DNA of 64,000 nucleotides from NCBI RefSeq assembly GCF_009914755.1, contig NC_060939.1. The stretch is one strand, 5' to 3'. The notes beneath the pieces were generated by a model. That model did not search any database. It saw only the letters and a list, made by a program, of their open reading frames with translations, and had not been told where the DNA came from. Below, one piece after another: positions 39,946 to 52,655 of this stretch. The translations under genes were made by a program, and so were the position numbers. Positions within the stretch are counted from its first letter, which is position 1; every line of letters begins with the position of its first letter. The stretch comes from the human T2T-CHM13v2.0 reference genome, Homo sapiens.

Positions 39946-42070
39946 TGAAAACACCTGTCTGCATTGGCCACTGCGGTTCAGGGGCTGCTGACGGGGCCAT
40001 TTCTTTTGTGGCTTAGCCGTGAGGGGCTCGTCACCCGCAAGGCAATGGAGAGCTCACAAGTGCCTATGACCAGCTATCCCTGGAGCTCACTCTTTCTCAG
40101 GCAGGCAGGAAACTGCAGTGCTTTTTGAAGTTGTATTGATATTTTGAAGGAAAATATTGTTAGTTTTAGAAATGTTGAAACCAATGATCAAAATATTTTT
40201 TCTTAATGTCAGACCATCCCCAGATAAATACCTTTTCATCATTTCACCAACCTGTGGAATTTGTTTTGTAGACACCTGGGGCATTTTATTATTTTCATGT
40301 GGCCCGTGAACTTCATGGGCAAAGACAACATGAAGCCTGGAGCCCGTGTTGAAAGTGTGGACCTGTAGTGCCAGGGTGTAGACAGCCACACCGAGCCCTC
40401 TCTCTGTTCCTTGTCATAATTCTTTTCTGAATTGCAAGGCCTTCCCTACAGTCAAATGGCAATGACGAGGTGGCGTTATCAAGGGAGACGGGAGACTGCT
40501 GTCCTTAGGTCAGGGGCGTTTGTCCAGGGAAGCTCCTCTGTTGCAGTCTTAGCCCTCACATCAGCACTGAATTATTGAGTGACCAAGGTACAGTCATTCT
40601 CGGACAAAGGTCACTGTCGGGACAAAGGTACAGAGACCCTTCTCTCATGTCTGGAATCAGAAGACGCAGTGAGCGCCAAGGCCATACTGAACCTTCACAG
40701 TCAAATCCTGGTTGAAGGGAGGGCCAGGTATCCCTGGGTGGCCCCACTTAACAAATACGAAATGACAGAGATGCTGCCCTTCCTGTGTCCCTGAGGAGCA
40801 AGGGGAACACATTGTAATCAGACAAGGTTTTGCTGTCACTGCTGACACCAGAGCCCCATCTGGTCCTAACAGTGTTGACTCTGTGCTCCCTCTTTTGAGC
40901 AAGCACTGCAAACACCACAACGGGCTGTTCCAGAGCACTCACAAGGTGAAGGCGCAATTTTCTGGCTCTATCCTCACCTGACCTCTCTCAAAGACTTCCT
41001 GCAAGTCCCCAGGAGGCATTCCCATGACACAAGACCCCTCCTCTGGATTTGTGAGGTGCCAGCTTTGCCCTCTCTCCTGATCTGGTTCAAAGTTGGGTCC
41101 AACTTGTCATCACTGTCACACTGACCCTCAGGTGCTTCCAACCATAGAGGGCAGATCACCTTTCCAGAAAAAGACTCAATGCAGCCTTCCTTCAGATAAG
41201 TTCTTTGCTTACCTCCTTTTTGGAAGAGATTCTTGGGTCTCTCTGTAACAAGGGGAGTCCCAGGCCCCTACCTGGAAATAGCCTCCCAGGATGATTGACA
41301 GGCTTAGAATGGGGCCCACATGTCACTCCCTTGTCATAGCAGCCACACAAGTGCCCTTGGGGTGCAGGACAGTGCAGGGTCAACCCTACTCAGTCAAATG
41401 CCCATGCTTTCTCTGAGATAGTCTAATGGCCTCCGAGAATCACCAGGATTGTTTTTAAAATTATTTCCAGAAAGGGAGAAAAGTGGGGAAAGAACTTACC
41501 ATCACAAATGATCTGTCTGTCACAACCCGGTCTTTGTTTCAAATAAGGATATTTTTTGGAAGACGCTGCCTTAAGAGGACTCCAGCCTACACTCCAATGC
41601 CAAAGGCAGGAGAAAGCAACCAAGAGTTAGAATAAGAGCTCAGCTCTGAAGTAAAATGTGTGTTTGCGAAATCTCCAGGCAATCTCTTGTCTGGAAGTGT
41701 CGCATGGTGTCTTGCTTGCTTGCCCTTGTGTAGTGGCTCCATTAATCTTCCACGTGGATGGCTACCTTTTGATGGAGCCTCACTGGGAATTGTCAAGGGA
41801 TAAGAGCTAGAAGGGGAATATGAATGTGAGCTCCATAGTCTAAGGGTCACCTTTCATGGTTCGTATGGTTCATATTTTTCTTTTCGGTCAGCACATTTTT
41901 ATAAATCACCTGAAAACATTAACATGGATACAATTGCATTTTTAAAGTTATGTATCTGAAACTATTCTTTTTATATGTATGTATAATTTTTAATAACCTA
42001 CTTGAGAAAACAAGTAGGATTTTTAAACAAGAAGGATTTTTTCAAAGATCATTCTTTTACCCATTTTCCA

Positions 42071-42595
42071 TATTATATGTTATCTATTGCTTTATAATAA
42101 ATTGCCCCGAACTCAATGGCTTCAAATAGTGATAAATATTTGCTGTCTCACAATGTCTGTGGTTATGACTTGGGGTCTCTCTTGAGGTTGCAGTCAGGTG
42201 TCAGCCAGGGCTGCAGTCATCCAGAGGCTTGAATGGGGCCGGAGGATTCAGTTCCAAGGTGCTATTCACATGTTGGGCAGAGAGTGCTGGCAGGGGTTGC
42301 TGAGTGTTGGCCAGAAGTCACTGTCTCTCCTCGTGGGCCCCTCCACAGGCCTCGCCAGTGTGCTTCCAGCACGACAGCAGGCTTCCCTGGAGCCAGTGAC
42401 TCAAGAAACAGGGGTGGAAGCCACAGAGCCTTTTATGAAACAGCCTTGGGCATTACACACCATCACTTCCGTCATATTGTGTGGGTCACCCACACCAGCC
42501 CTGATTCTGTACAAGAAGTGACTACCTAAGGGCATGAATACTGGGAGGCAAGGATCCTTTTGAAGTCCTTGGAATCTTTGAAGGTAGCTACCACA
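42071..42595 (-). mobile_element. MLT1-family MaLR LTR
   Basis: gttatctattgct...gtctctcttgaggttgcagtcaggtgtcagccagggctgcagtcatc...agctaccaca. Confidence 0.8.
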
Positions 42596-42597
42596 GT

Positions 42598-42757
42598 TAT
42601 TTATTTATTTAGAAACGGAGGCTTGCTCTGTCTCTCAGGCTAGAGTGCAGTGGTGAGATCATAGCTCACTGCAGCCTCAAACTCCTGAGCTCAAGCAATC
42701 CTCCTGCCTCTGCCTCCCAAAGCACTGGGATTACAGGTATGAGCTACTGTGCCCAGC
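42598..42757 (-). mobile_element. FRAM-like free Alu monomer
   Basis: Single ~160-bp monomer: gagtgcagtggtgagatcatagctcactgcagcc...gggattacagg. Confidence 0.8.
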
Positions 42758-42801
42758 CAGCTCCAACAATTTAAATGTCATATTTGAGTACACAGTTTTC
42801 T

Positions 42802-43579
42802 TTATTATTATTATTATAATACTTTAAGTTTTAGGGTACATGTGCACAATGTGCAGGTTTGTTACATATGTATACATGTGCCATGTTGGTGTGCTGCACC
42901 CATTAACTCGTCATTTAGCATTAGGTATATCTCCTAATGCTATCCCTCCCCTCTCCCCCCACCCCACAACAGTCCCCGGAATGTGATGTTCCCCTTCCTG
43001 TGTCCATGTGTTCTCATTGTTCAATTCCCACCTATGAGTGAGAACATGCGGTGTTTGGTTTTTTGTCCTTGCGATAGTTTGCTGAGAATGATGGTTTCCA
43101 GTTTCATCCATGTCCCTACAAAGGACATGAACTCTTCATTTTTTATGGCTGCATAGTATTCCATGGTGTATATGTGCCACATTTTCTTAATCCAGTCTAT
43201 CGTTGTTGGACATTTGGGTTGGTTCCAAGTCTTTGCTCTTGTGAATAGTGCTGCAATAAACATACATGTGCATGTGTCTTTATAGCAGCATGATTTATAG
43301 TCCTTTGGGTATATACCCAGTAATGGGATGGCTGGGTCAAATGGTATTTCTAGTTCTAAATCCCTGAGGAATCGCCACACTGACTTCCACAATGGTTGAA
43401 CTAGTTTACAGTCCCACCAACAGTGTAAAAGTGTTGCTATTTCTCCACATCCTCTCCAGCACCTGTTGTTTCCTGACTTTTTAATGATTGCCATTCTAAC
43501 TGGTGTGAGATGGTATCTCGTTGTGGTTTTGATTTGCATTTCTCTGATGGCCAGTGATGATGAGCATTTTTTCATGTGT
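42802..43579 (-). mobile_element. Young 5'-truncated L1PA (PA3-5-like), ~780 bp
   Basis: Open 184-aa ORF2p C-terminus (43021-43575, CWRGCGE...HCWWDC); exact 14-bp TSD gtacacagttttct at 42788-42801 and 43580-43593. Confidence 0.95.
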
Positions 43580-43821
43580 GTACACAGTTTTCTAACAATG
43601 AGGAGGCATATGAAAATGTGTGAACTGTCCTAAGATGAAGCATCTTACATTGTCCTAAAGTGACACCAACCCTCAAGCCCCAGATGTTTGAGTCAGGCCA
43701 GCCTCAACCACTCTCCTGGTGTCCTGTACACATCTGTGTGCACGCACACACACAAATACACTCACACTAAAGACACACTCATACACACTTATTAACAGAC
43801 ACTCGCACTTACACAAACATA

Positions 43822-44390
43822 CAGTAAGTCCTCCCTAAATATCCTCGATAGGTTCACAGTGAAATGATGTATAATAAAACTGTTTTACCATAGGCTAATT
43901 GAGATAAACAAGACTTAAGTTTCTATGACATATTTCTGTTCACAAAAAATCACCAAACTTCTTAATAAAGACCAAAACACTTCTAATATTAAACATTGAA
44001 GTACATGTGAGCTATACAAACACTTAAGAAAGATTAGTAAAAACTAGTATGAATTATTTACCCACTTATTCCACTTCAGGGTCTCACGTGACAGGAGTCT
44101 GTCCCGGCAGCTCAGGGTGCAAACTGGGAACCCGCCCTGGCTAGGATGCCATGCCCTCATGGGGAGCACTCACACAGCCACACTCATTCACACGGGGACC
44201 ATGGAGACATGGGGATCTGCTTTACCTGCACGGCTTTGGGATGTGGGAGAGAACGAAGTACCTGGGGAAACCCATACAGACAGGGGGAGAACGTGCAAAC
44301 TCCACACAGTGGCCTGGCCAGGAATAGATTTTTAAATCATCAACATCGTAACAAAACAATCTTAAAAATGACGTTATTTGAGGACCTGCT
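43822..44390 (-). mobile_element. MER6A-like Tigger element
   Basis: Reverse complement begins agcaggtcctcaaataacgtc and contains tgtgtggagtttgcacgttctcccc. Confidence 0.8.
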
Positions 44391-44394
44391 ATCC

Positions 44395-44730
44395 TCACAC
44401 ACATATATGCACACTCACACACACACACTCTCACAGACACATTTATGCACTCACACTTATTCACACACCTATATACACACTCACAAAAGCCCACATGCAC
44501 ACTCACACATATAGACACTCTCACATACACATGTACACATATATACATTCACACTCACATGTGCACATATGTACACACTCACCCACACTCACCCACATTC
44601 ATGCACTGATGTATACACACTCAAACACGCATTCACACATAGACACACTACTCACAAACACACACATGCTCTCTCTCACACACTCACACATATATGCATG
44701 CACACTGACGCTCGCTCACATACACTGTCC
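44395..44730. repeat. CA-rich low-complexity tract (also 43735-43821, split by the MER6A)
   Basis: Degenerate (CA)n, seen directly. Confidence 0.9.
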
Positions 44731-45926
44731 ATGCACTGTACTGAGACCCTTGGCTGACGCTGTCCTCACTGCTCAGCGGCCCCTGCCCCTTTCCCTATGC
44801 ACCCCACAGCCTCCCACAGCTGCAGTTTGCTGAGTTGGCTCATTCCATGCTCCAGGCTCTTGGCTTCCCACCTGCTCTAGATGCCCCCCTTCTGGTTTTA
44901 CGTGTGCCCATCATCCTGCACTCCTCTCGGATTTCAGAACCGAATCTTCCTGCATGGTTTTCACAGGTCCCCTGCTTCAAGCTTGTTGTTTCCTTTCATA
45001 TCAGAAGAAGATTCCCCAATCCAGCGCCAGCCCGTCTCTCCTGCTTCTCTCCACTCCAGCTTTGTGACCAGGATCCTGCTGGCAGCAGCACCAGCTCCTT
45101 ACTGAAAGAAATGAAAGGATTTAGATATCACGGCCATAAGGACCATAGCAAGCGGAAATGAGACACGATTTGAGCTGACACTTCCAGGCATTTCTCTGAG
45201 CCTCTTTAGCCTTAATTTGAAAAATTGTCCCTGAAAGCCCAGACTTACATCCACCGGCCACGGGCCATGGGGGTTGATGAGAGGCATCTTCCCCCACTTG
45301 CTGTTAAGCCATGCTCTCTGCGATCTCCAGGGCTCATTCCATGTAGGTTTTATTTTCTTAGCACATATTTCCACCTTCACTACCTGCATATGGGGCCTTG
45401 GAGATATTCCAGCTTAAAAGGGGATTTACACGTCCTTGTGGGAATTAGTACACCAATGAAGCTGGTCACCAGGAGTGAAAAATGGCTCATTTAGGCATCC
45501 ACAGCCAATTTCATAAAGCAATATACCAAGAGAAGATAAAACGTTTTCCGGCACTGGCTGGAAAGCCAGCGTACGAATGGGAAAGCATTTGCAGAAGTCG
45601 CTGATTCAGGGTGATAGGTGCCTATGTCTAGGAACGCATGTCTGGGATGAAGAACTCCATGAAACACACCCTTTCCAAGAACGCTGCTGCACGCCAGGCT
45701 CTTGGCTAGGCTCTAGGAACACAAAGATGACAGGTGCTCTAACCCCATAGGGGTTAGACTCCTGGCCTGGGACAGAGTCAAACATGCAGATACCAATGGG
45801 TAAGCAGATGTCTCAGAGCACAAATAGCTGTGCCTGCCGCTCCTGGAAAAAGACTGCTGTGTTCACCCCAAGCTCTGATTGTCTGAGTCTTTGGCCCTAA
45901 GCAGAAGCACTTCCCTACTTTCCTTA

Positions 45927-46245
<319 letters not shown>

Positions 46246-46279
46246 TCTAAGGGCTTAAAAATATACATTATTTACACTT

Positions 46280-46942
46280 ATTTGGATGGCTACTATCCCC
46301 AAAAATAACAAATATTGGTAAAGATGTGAAGAAAGTAGAAACCCTTGTGTGCACTGCTGGTGGGAATGTAAAATGGTGCAGCCACAGTGGAAGACAATGT
46401 AGAATTTGCTCATAAAACCAACGATAGAATTATTATATGACTCAGCAATTCCACTTCTAGGTAGATACCCAAAAGAATTGAAATCAGGGTCGTGAAGAGA
46501 TATCTGCACTCCCACATTTATAGTAGCGTTGTTCTTAGCAGCCAAAAGGTAGTAACAACTCAAATATCCATCAACAGATGAATGGGTAAGCAAAATGTGG
46601 CGTATGGATACAATGGAATATTATTCAGCCTTAAAATGGAGGAAATCGGAATGCGGCACAGCATGAATGAACCTTAAAGACATGCTGAGTGAAATGAGCC
46701 AGTCACAAAAGCACAAATACTGGATAATTCCACTTACATAAGGTGCCAAGAGTCTTCAAATTCCTAGAGAAAGAAAATAGAATGGTGGTTGCCAGCGGCT
46801 GGGGGAAGAGGAAAAGGGGAGCTCCTGTTTAATGGGTACAGAGCTTCAATTGGCAAGACGAAGAGTTCTGGGGATGGAGGGTGGTGGTGGTAGCACAGCA
46901 CTGGATGTACATAATGCTGCTGGACTTCATGCTTAGAAATAG
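46280..46942 (+). mobile_element. L1MB/L1MA 3' end
   Basis: tggtgggaatgtaaaatggtgcagcc...gacgaagagttctgggatggagggtggtg. Confidence 0.85.
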
Positions 46943-47462
46943 CCCAAGCTGCTGAGAACCTGCCTGGATTGATGGCACTGACTCTGGTGCGCAGGCTGGT
47001 TCCTCCCTTCACTAGAAGCCTGGCCAAGCAGCCCAAGCCTGGACACAGATCCATCATGGTGGGCACCAGCCAGGGTCAGCAGACATGTCCAACTCTGCCG
47101 GCATCTGCCTTCTCTCCCCAGGGACCCTGAGCCATGGCAAACTCCCAGTCACAGGCATGCTAGCCCTGTGGGTTCTGCCTAGAACTCAGGTGTCCTGTGT
47201 GAGAGAGACACTTCCCTATCTGGGCCCCAGAGAGTGTTTTGCTGGCTTGAGGCTGCCATGAGACCACCCTGAAGATGTTTGCTTCCTGGAGTTCCTGCTG
47301 TTTCCTGGCTGGCTTCTCTCCACCCTGGAACTTGACCCTCCAGCCACCTCTTGTAGCAGATTGGTTTTCTCTCCTGTCCTGAGAATCCAGTGGCTACTGG
47401 TGTCTGGGAGCCAGCCCTGGCCCCAAGGGCTTCATTCTTCAAGTTACCCCCCCTGCTGCTGG

Positions 47463-47770
47463 TTTTTTTGTGTGTTTGTTTGTTTTTTGATGGAGTCTCG
47501 TTCTGTCACCCAGGCTGGAGTGTAGTGGTACAATCTCAACTCACAGCAACCTCCGCCTTGTAGGTTCAAGCAATTCTCTTGGCTCAGCCTCCGGAGTAGC
47601 TGGGATTATAGGCACCCACCACCATGCCCAGCTAATTTTTGTATTTTTTAGTAGAGACAGGGTTTCGCCATGTTGGCCAGGATAATCTCAAACTCCTGAC
47701 CTCAGGTGATCCACCCGTCTTGGCCTCCCAAAGTGCTGGGATTACAGCTGGGAGCCACTGCGCCCGACCA
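47463..47770 (-). mobile_element. AluS element
   Basis: Full Alu, antisense. Confidence 0.92.
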
Positions 47771-48472
47771 TGCCCCCGGTGTTTCCACTCCAAACCTCAG
47801 AGGTGCATCTGGGGAAAGCTCTCCTATTCAAGTGTCCACTGCCCCAGTGATGGAGCACTGGGCAAGAAGACACTACAGCGTGGGGTGGGGGTGGCTTTGG
47901 GACCAGAGGCACATGACATGGAACCTCCACTTTTCCAAGTCCTGGCTCTGCGACTGTGGCAGGTTCTCAACCTCACGGGCTTTGGTTTCCTCTTTGGTAG
48001 AGTTGTTGGAGGAAAATCAAATGAAAATAGATACGTGTGAATGTCCCACAGTGTAGGGTGCAGAGGAGGGGGTGCGTCAATGGTAGCTCTAAGTGGTGGT
48101 GTTTGCAGTTCGGCCTAGGTCTCTGGTTCTTTATCCCGAGCATGGTAGGGCAGATCCCGTCCTGAATCACAGCCCATGTTCCCCTGAACACATGGAGGAC
48201 CCTGGGTGCCCCAGGGGTCAGCGAGTGGAGCTGGGAATTTACTCCGCAGGCGAGGGCTCCCACACCAGTGAGGAAGTCTGCTCACCTGAGTCTCTGAGAG
48301 GGAAAGTTCAGGAATGCTGATGGTAGAGGTTTTACTGTGGCCATGCTAATGGAGGACTGAGGCTGGCCCCCAGCTCGGATTAACTAATTGGTCACATTGA
48401 GTCCCAATTGACTTGCTGGTCAGGAAGCATCTTCAGTTAGTCCCAGAGAGGGTCTGGTATCCCAGCTGGTTA

Positions 48473-48910
48473 TGTCAACGAGAAACAGCACAGAACACTT
48501 GTTAAAGGTGGCAAGACAGATTTATTCAGACTGTTTCAATGGGGGAAAGGGACACCAGCATAAATGAACTCAACTCCAACCAAGACCTAAAGGTGGTAGG
48601 GGTTTTAAAGAAGAGAACAGAGAAGGAACAAAAACAGGCTATGAGAAGTATAAAAGGGAGAACCAAAAAGGTGACGAGAGGGGATGTGGGGAAATGAAAA
48701 GTTACAGGATTGAAGTAAGCAGGGGATTACTGGAAATTGTTTTGGCGATGTGGGTTGGGACGATGTACATTTTGCAGTTTGGCAGCAAACTGCAAAGACT
48801 CAACGTGGGGGCTGGTCATGTTAAGGGACTGGGCCAGCGCAAGTGAAAAGCAGGCTGGAGTGTGGCTGAGGCTCCCAGTCGAGTGTCTGGGCAAGCCCTT
48901 TGTGTCTACT
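48473..48910 (-). mobile_element. MER67-like ERV1 solo LTR
   Basis: tgtcaa...acacttgttaaaggtggcaagacagatttattcagac...gaactcaactcc; TTTATT gives a minus-strand polyA signal. Confidence 0.55.
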
Positions 48911-51269
48911 GGAGTTTGCAGTTGGAACCAGACAGCCGCTGGTTTGGTTAACTCCTTGGAAGATGCTGGTCCAACTGCCATTTCTTCCGTTTACACCTGG
49001 ACGCTTCTTGAAGCCACCTCCAGGGACATAGTCTTGCAAGATCCTGACAGTTACAGTAGCAATGTGAGCAGCCTTGGGCAAACAATAACAAGAACATGCA
49101 CCGAGAAGCAAGAGGTTACTTGCCCCTAACAGCAAAGTGTAGAAGGTCAAACTGCCAAGGCTTCAGGAGGGGCGAGAGTGTCCTTGGGACTGAATGCACA
49201 AAGGGCCACTGTCATCTGGGTTTGCGTGGGAGCTTGCAGAGGGGAGTGCACCATTCAGTGGGATCCTCATTTCCAGATATTCTACGTTTGTCGTCTGGCT
49301 TGCTGTGATTATTGTGCAAAAAGGACTTTCCCCACTTTTATTTGCTTAGTATTGAATCCAAGCAATATTTTCAAGAGCTATTTGTCAGGGGCTGAAAAGA
49401 TCAAGGAGGCACAAAATCGTGGCTCCAGGGCACATGGGTACCTCAGAACAGGCCTGGAAGGAGTCCATTTGCTGTGCCCAGGAGAGTGTGAGTGGCTCCC
49501 TCCCTGAATCCTAAAATGGGTTTACCCTGCCTTCTCTCATGCTGACTTCTCCTACCTGACTTCTGCTCCTTCACACCTGGCCATCCTCCAGGACTCATCC
49601 CCCTGGCCTCCACCCAGCTCTGAAAAGCTTTTCCCGGCACCCTCATCACCAGCCCCTCCCCAGCACTCCTCATTCACTGGTTCTCTACACCACTCCCTGC
49701 TGCCCTCAGCAGGACCCTGCTTTGTAAAGGCTTGGGGACTTCATATGTGTGTCTGGTTTCTCCAGCTGCTGGACAGAAGGGCAGAGAAGGTTCTTCAACT
49801 TTCGCCGTTACACCTCTGAGCACAGTGATAGATGTACTCCTTTTGGCAATGATGGGGGGACGAGGTGGATGTTTAGGCTTATGCATTCGTAGGCAAGACC
49901 ACCGCAGTGCCTGGATGTGTCAGGCAGCATTTCAAGCCAAGAGAAACTCAGCAATGGCTGGAGAAAGTCCAGGACGGTCAGGAGAGCAAAGACTGAGTTA
50001 CTTGAAGCCTGCTGCTCACAGACTCCAGGCAAGCACCTGACTCTGAGCCTCAAAGCCCAGTAAGATCTGGTTCATCTTCCAAGGTGGTGTGGAGAGGTTG
50101 GCTGTTGCACTGAAGAGGCCCTTTGCAAGGCCACTTGCCCAGACTTGAGCTGGACAACATCAGCTTTTATGTAGTATAATTTTGCAGAGGAAGGTTCCTC
50201 TTGATTTGACCATTTGTCTTGAGTTTTGTTGCCCTGAGTATTGTCTTGGGCATAGGGAAGGGCTCTGATTTCCGAAAGAGGCCAGCCAAGAAGAAGGAGA
50301 GCCCAACTCTAAAGAGGACTTGGGTCTTAGGCATCCTGGCCTGGAGAAAGAAATCTGGATCAGCAGCTCGGTTCAAAGGAAGCAGAGCTGGAGTTCCCAG
50401 AAGAGGAACACCAGTTGGAGGAACCGTGCTAGGCGTGGAACCAGTGGGCGTGAGTGTTTTTGACTTCCGGTCCAGCTTGGCTCTGGGGCTGTGGTGGACT
50501 GAGCCCACAGCTGAGGACAGCTGAGCTCAGCTCTGGGGAACACAGAGGCATGTATACTGCCACAGGCATGCTGGATTTGGTTTGAGCAGAAGTAGCCTCT
50601 GTTTTATCTTCCCTGTGTTTCTCAGCATCACAACAGTGGAAGCCGACATCACTGTGTGAGTGTGAAGCATGCCGTTCTTCAGCTCTGCACAGCTCGCTGG
50701 GGACTCTGGATCAGCCCAGTCACCTCTGCAGCCTCAGGCCTATGGCCCATGCCATGAGGGGCTGCTCTCTTCCAGTTCAAAGAGGCGATGACTCGGAAGT
50801 GCAGACAGACACCGGGCAGCTGAGGGGAAGGCTGCAGGCTCAAGATGGCAGCTGTCTTTCCCATCTGTTTAATTTGCCAAGCAGCAGGCTAGAGTCTCCA
50901 GGGGCAGGAATGGAGCAGGGTAGGGAGAAGAGGTTTGAAAGGTTATCACAGTTTGAAATTAGCCTAGTGTGGCCGTGTATTATTATCTCATTTTTCTTCT
51001 CCTTTCTCAGGCAGTATGGAGACTTTGAGAAACACCAACTTATGTTGCTGAGTTTTCAGAGAAAGTTAATTTCTAGAGGAGACATTTCTAAGTATGAATG
51101 AGGACACAGAGAGTTTGGGTCTTGCCATCCCCACAGACTCAAGATTTGCCTCTGTGAGCAGTCTTGGGTAGGAGGAAAAGTCCATCCAGGGCCAGCCGCG
51201 AGGTGTGTCTGGGGCCTCCATGGACTGCCCCACAGGGCTCTGTTTCCTGGCTTTAAAAAGGTTATGTTT

Positions 51270-51555
51270 GCACTTTGGGAGGTGAGGCGGGTGGATCATC
51301 TGAGGTCAGGAGTTCAAGACCAGCCTGACTAACATGGTGAAATCCTGCTTCTACTAAAAATACAAAAATTAGCTGGGTGTGGTGGTGGGTGCCTATAATC
51401 CCAGCTACTCAGGAGACTGAGACAGGAGAATTGCTAAAACCCAGGAGGCGGAGATTGCAGTGAGCTGATATTGCGCCATTCCACTCACTCCAGCCTGGGC
51501 AATAGAGCAAGACTCCGTCTCAAAAAAAAAAAAAGAAAAGAAAAAAAGAGAAAAA
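51270..51555 (+). mobile_element. 5'-truncated AluS element
   Basis: Starts at gcactttgggagg; TSD aggttatgt on both sides. Confidence 0.92.
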
Positions 51556-51722
51556 GAGGTTATGTCGGGTCCCCCATGCACCCTACACATGTGGGCCTGT
51601 TCTGAATCTTTCAGAAGCTGCCTCTGTGAAGTTTCCATTCCATTGCAGAACAAAGATCATTCTCTGGTCCAGATGCTCTGAGCTGCACAAATCTGAAGAC
51701 AAGGAGGGTGGCTGGTGGTAAA

Positions 51723-52220
51723 TGAAGATTATAGGAGGCCATTGTTGTGGACTAAGTCTAGAAATCAAAGTAGAATCAGCCATGCTCAGCAAACCTAAAG
51801 TAAGTTGTTATCTGACCTTCTGCAAAATCAGGAGTGACAACACCCTATTTCCCAAACAGACCAGTTTCCATCTTCTGTTGACAAGGTCATGAAGCTGCCC
51901 CTGTTTTCATCCTTAACTGAAGTCACCTGCTGGCAACAAACAGTTATTTTTCTATTGTTCTGCCTCCTTGTCCTCATCTTATAAGACAAGTAACTGTGAA
52001 ATGACCAATCTGTTTTTGTCCTGGTTTCTGCTCTCTTCAGCCCTTCCTTCTCTGTCTACAAAGCCCCTCTCTGTCTACAAAGCCCTTCTCTGTCTCCTCT
52101 GCTCAGCTCATTGGAGCACTGATCCTGCATTATGGAATGAGGTGTTGCCCAACTCTGGAACTGCAAATAAAACAAGTTGAGATCTTTAAACTAAATTTGT
52201 TATAATTTTGTCTTTTGACA
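51723..52220 (+). mobile_element. MER31-like ERV1 solo LTR
   Basis: tgaagattataggaggccattgttgtggactaag ... AATAAA ... aattttgtcttttgaca; internal tandem duplication of tctctgtctacaaagccc (~52049-52095). Confidence 0.7.
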
Positions 52221-52318
52221 GTGGCTAGACCTTAACCCATGGGTGGCTGCTGCTGTGAGCAGTAATTCTCTTTTTCTGTCTGAGCCACTGGAAATAAACA
52301 GAGTTAATAATAATAACT

Positions 52319-52480
52319 GGCCAGGCATGGTAGCTCACACCTGTAATCCCAGCAATTTGGGAGGCCAAGGCATGGTGGTCCCAGCTAACTCGGGAGGCCG
52401 AGGCGGGTGGATTGCTAGAGCCCAGGAAGATGAACCTACAGAGAGCCATGATTGTGCCACTTCAAATTAAATAAATAAAT
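52319..52480 (+). mobile_element. Internally deleted AluJ-like element
   Basis: Left-arm start joined to right-arm pieces, followed by a (TAAA)n tail. Confidence 0.75.
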
Positions 52481-52655
52481 ATTTAAAAGCAATGACTAGG
52501 AATAAAATGCTAATGAATACAATAAAAACAGATTGGCCTGGGTGCTGTACTCCCCCTGATTCCTGGGGATGACAAAATTTTGAGTAAATGCTCAACTTCA
52601 AGATGAAATGGTGAAGTTTACCTTGAGGGATGGTGATGGAGGCTGGTGAATATTT

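Noticed and set aside
40455-40480. tgacgAGGTGGCG as a CTCF site
   Set aside because: Lacks the 5' CC of the core motif; too weak to call without data.
44146-44833. His/Thr-rich ORFs
   Set aside because: Translations of CA-rich low-complexity DNA and the MER6A element.
50219-50524. 101-aa ORF containing NLS-like RKRPAKKK
   Set aside because: Starts at TTG, has no recognisable domain, and an equally long antisense ORF overlaps it; consistent with chance.
52049-52095. Short tandem repeat tctctgtctacaaagccc as an array-like element
   Set aside because: Only about 2.5 adjacent copies without spacers, inside an LTR; ordinary slippage duplication.
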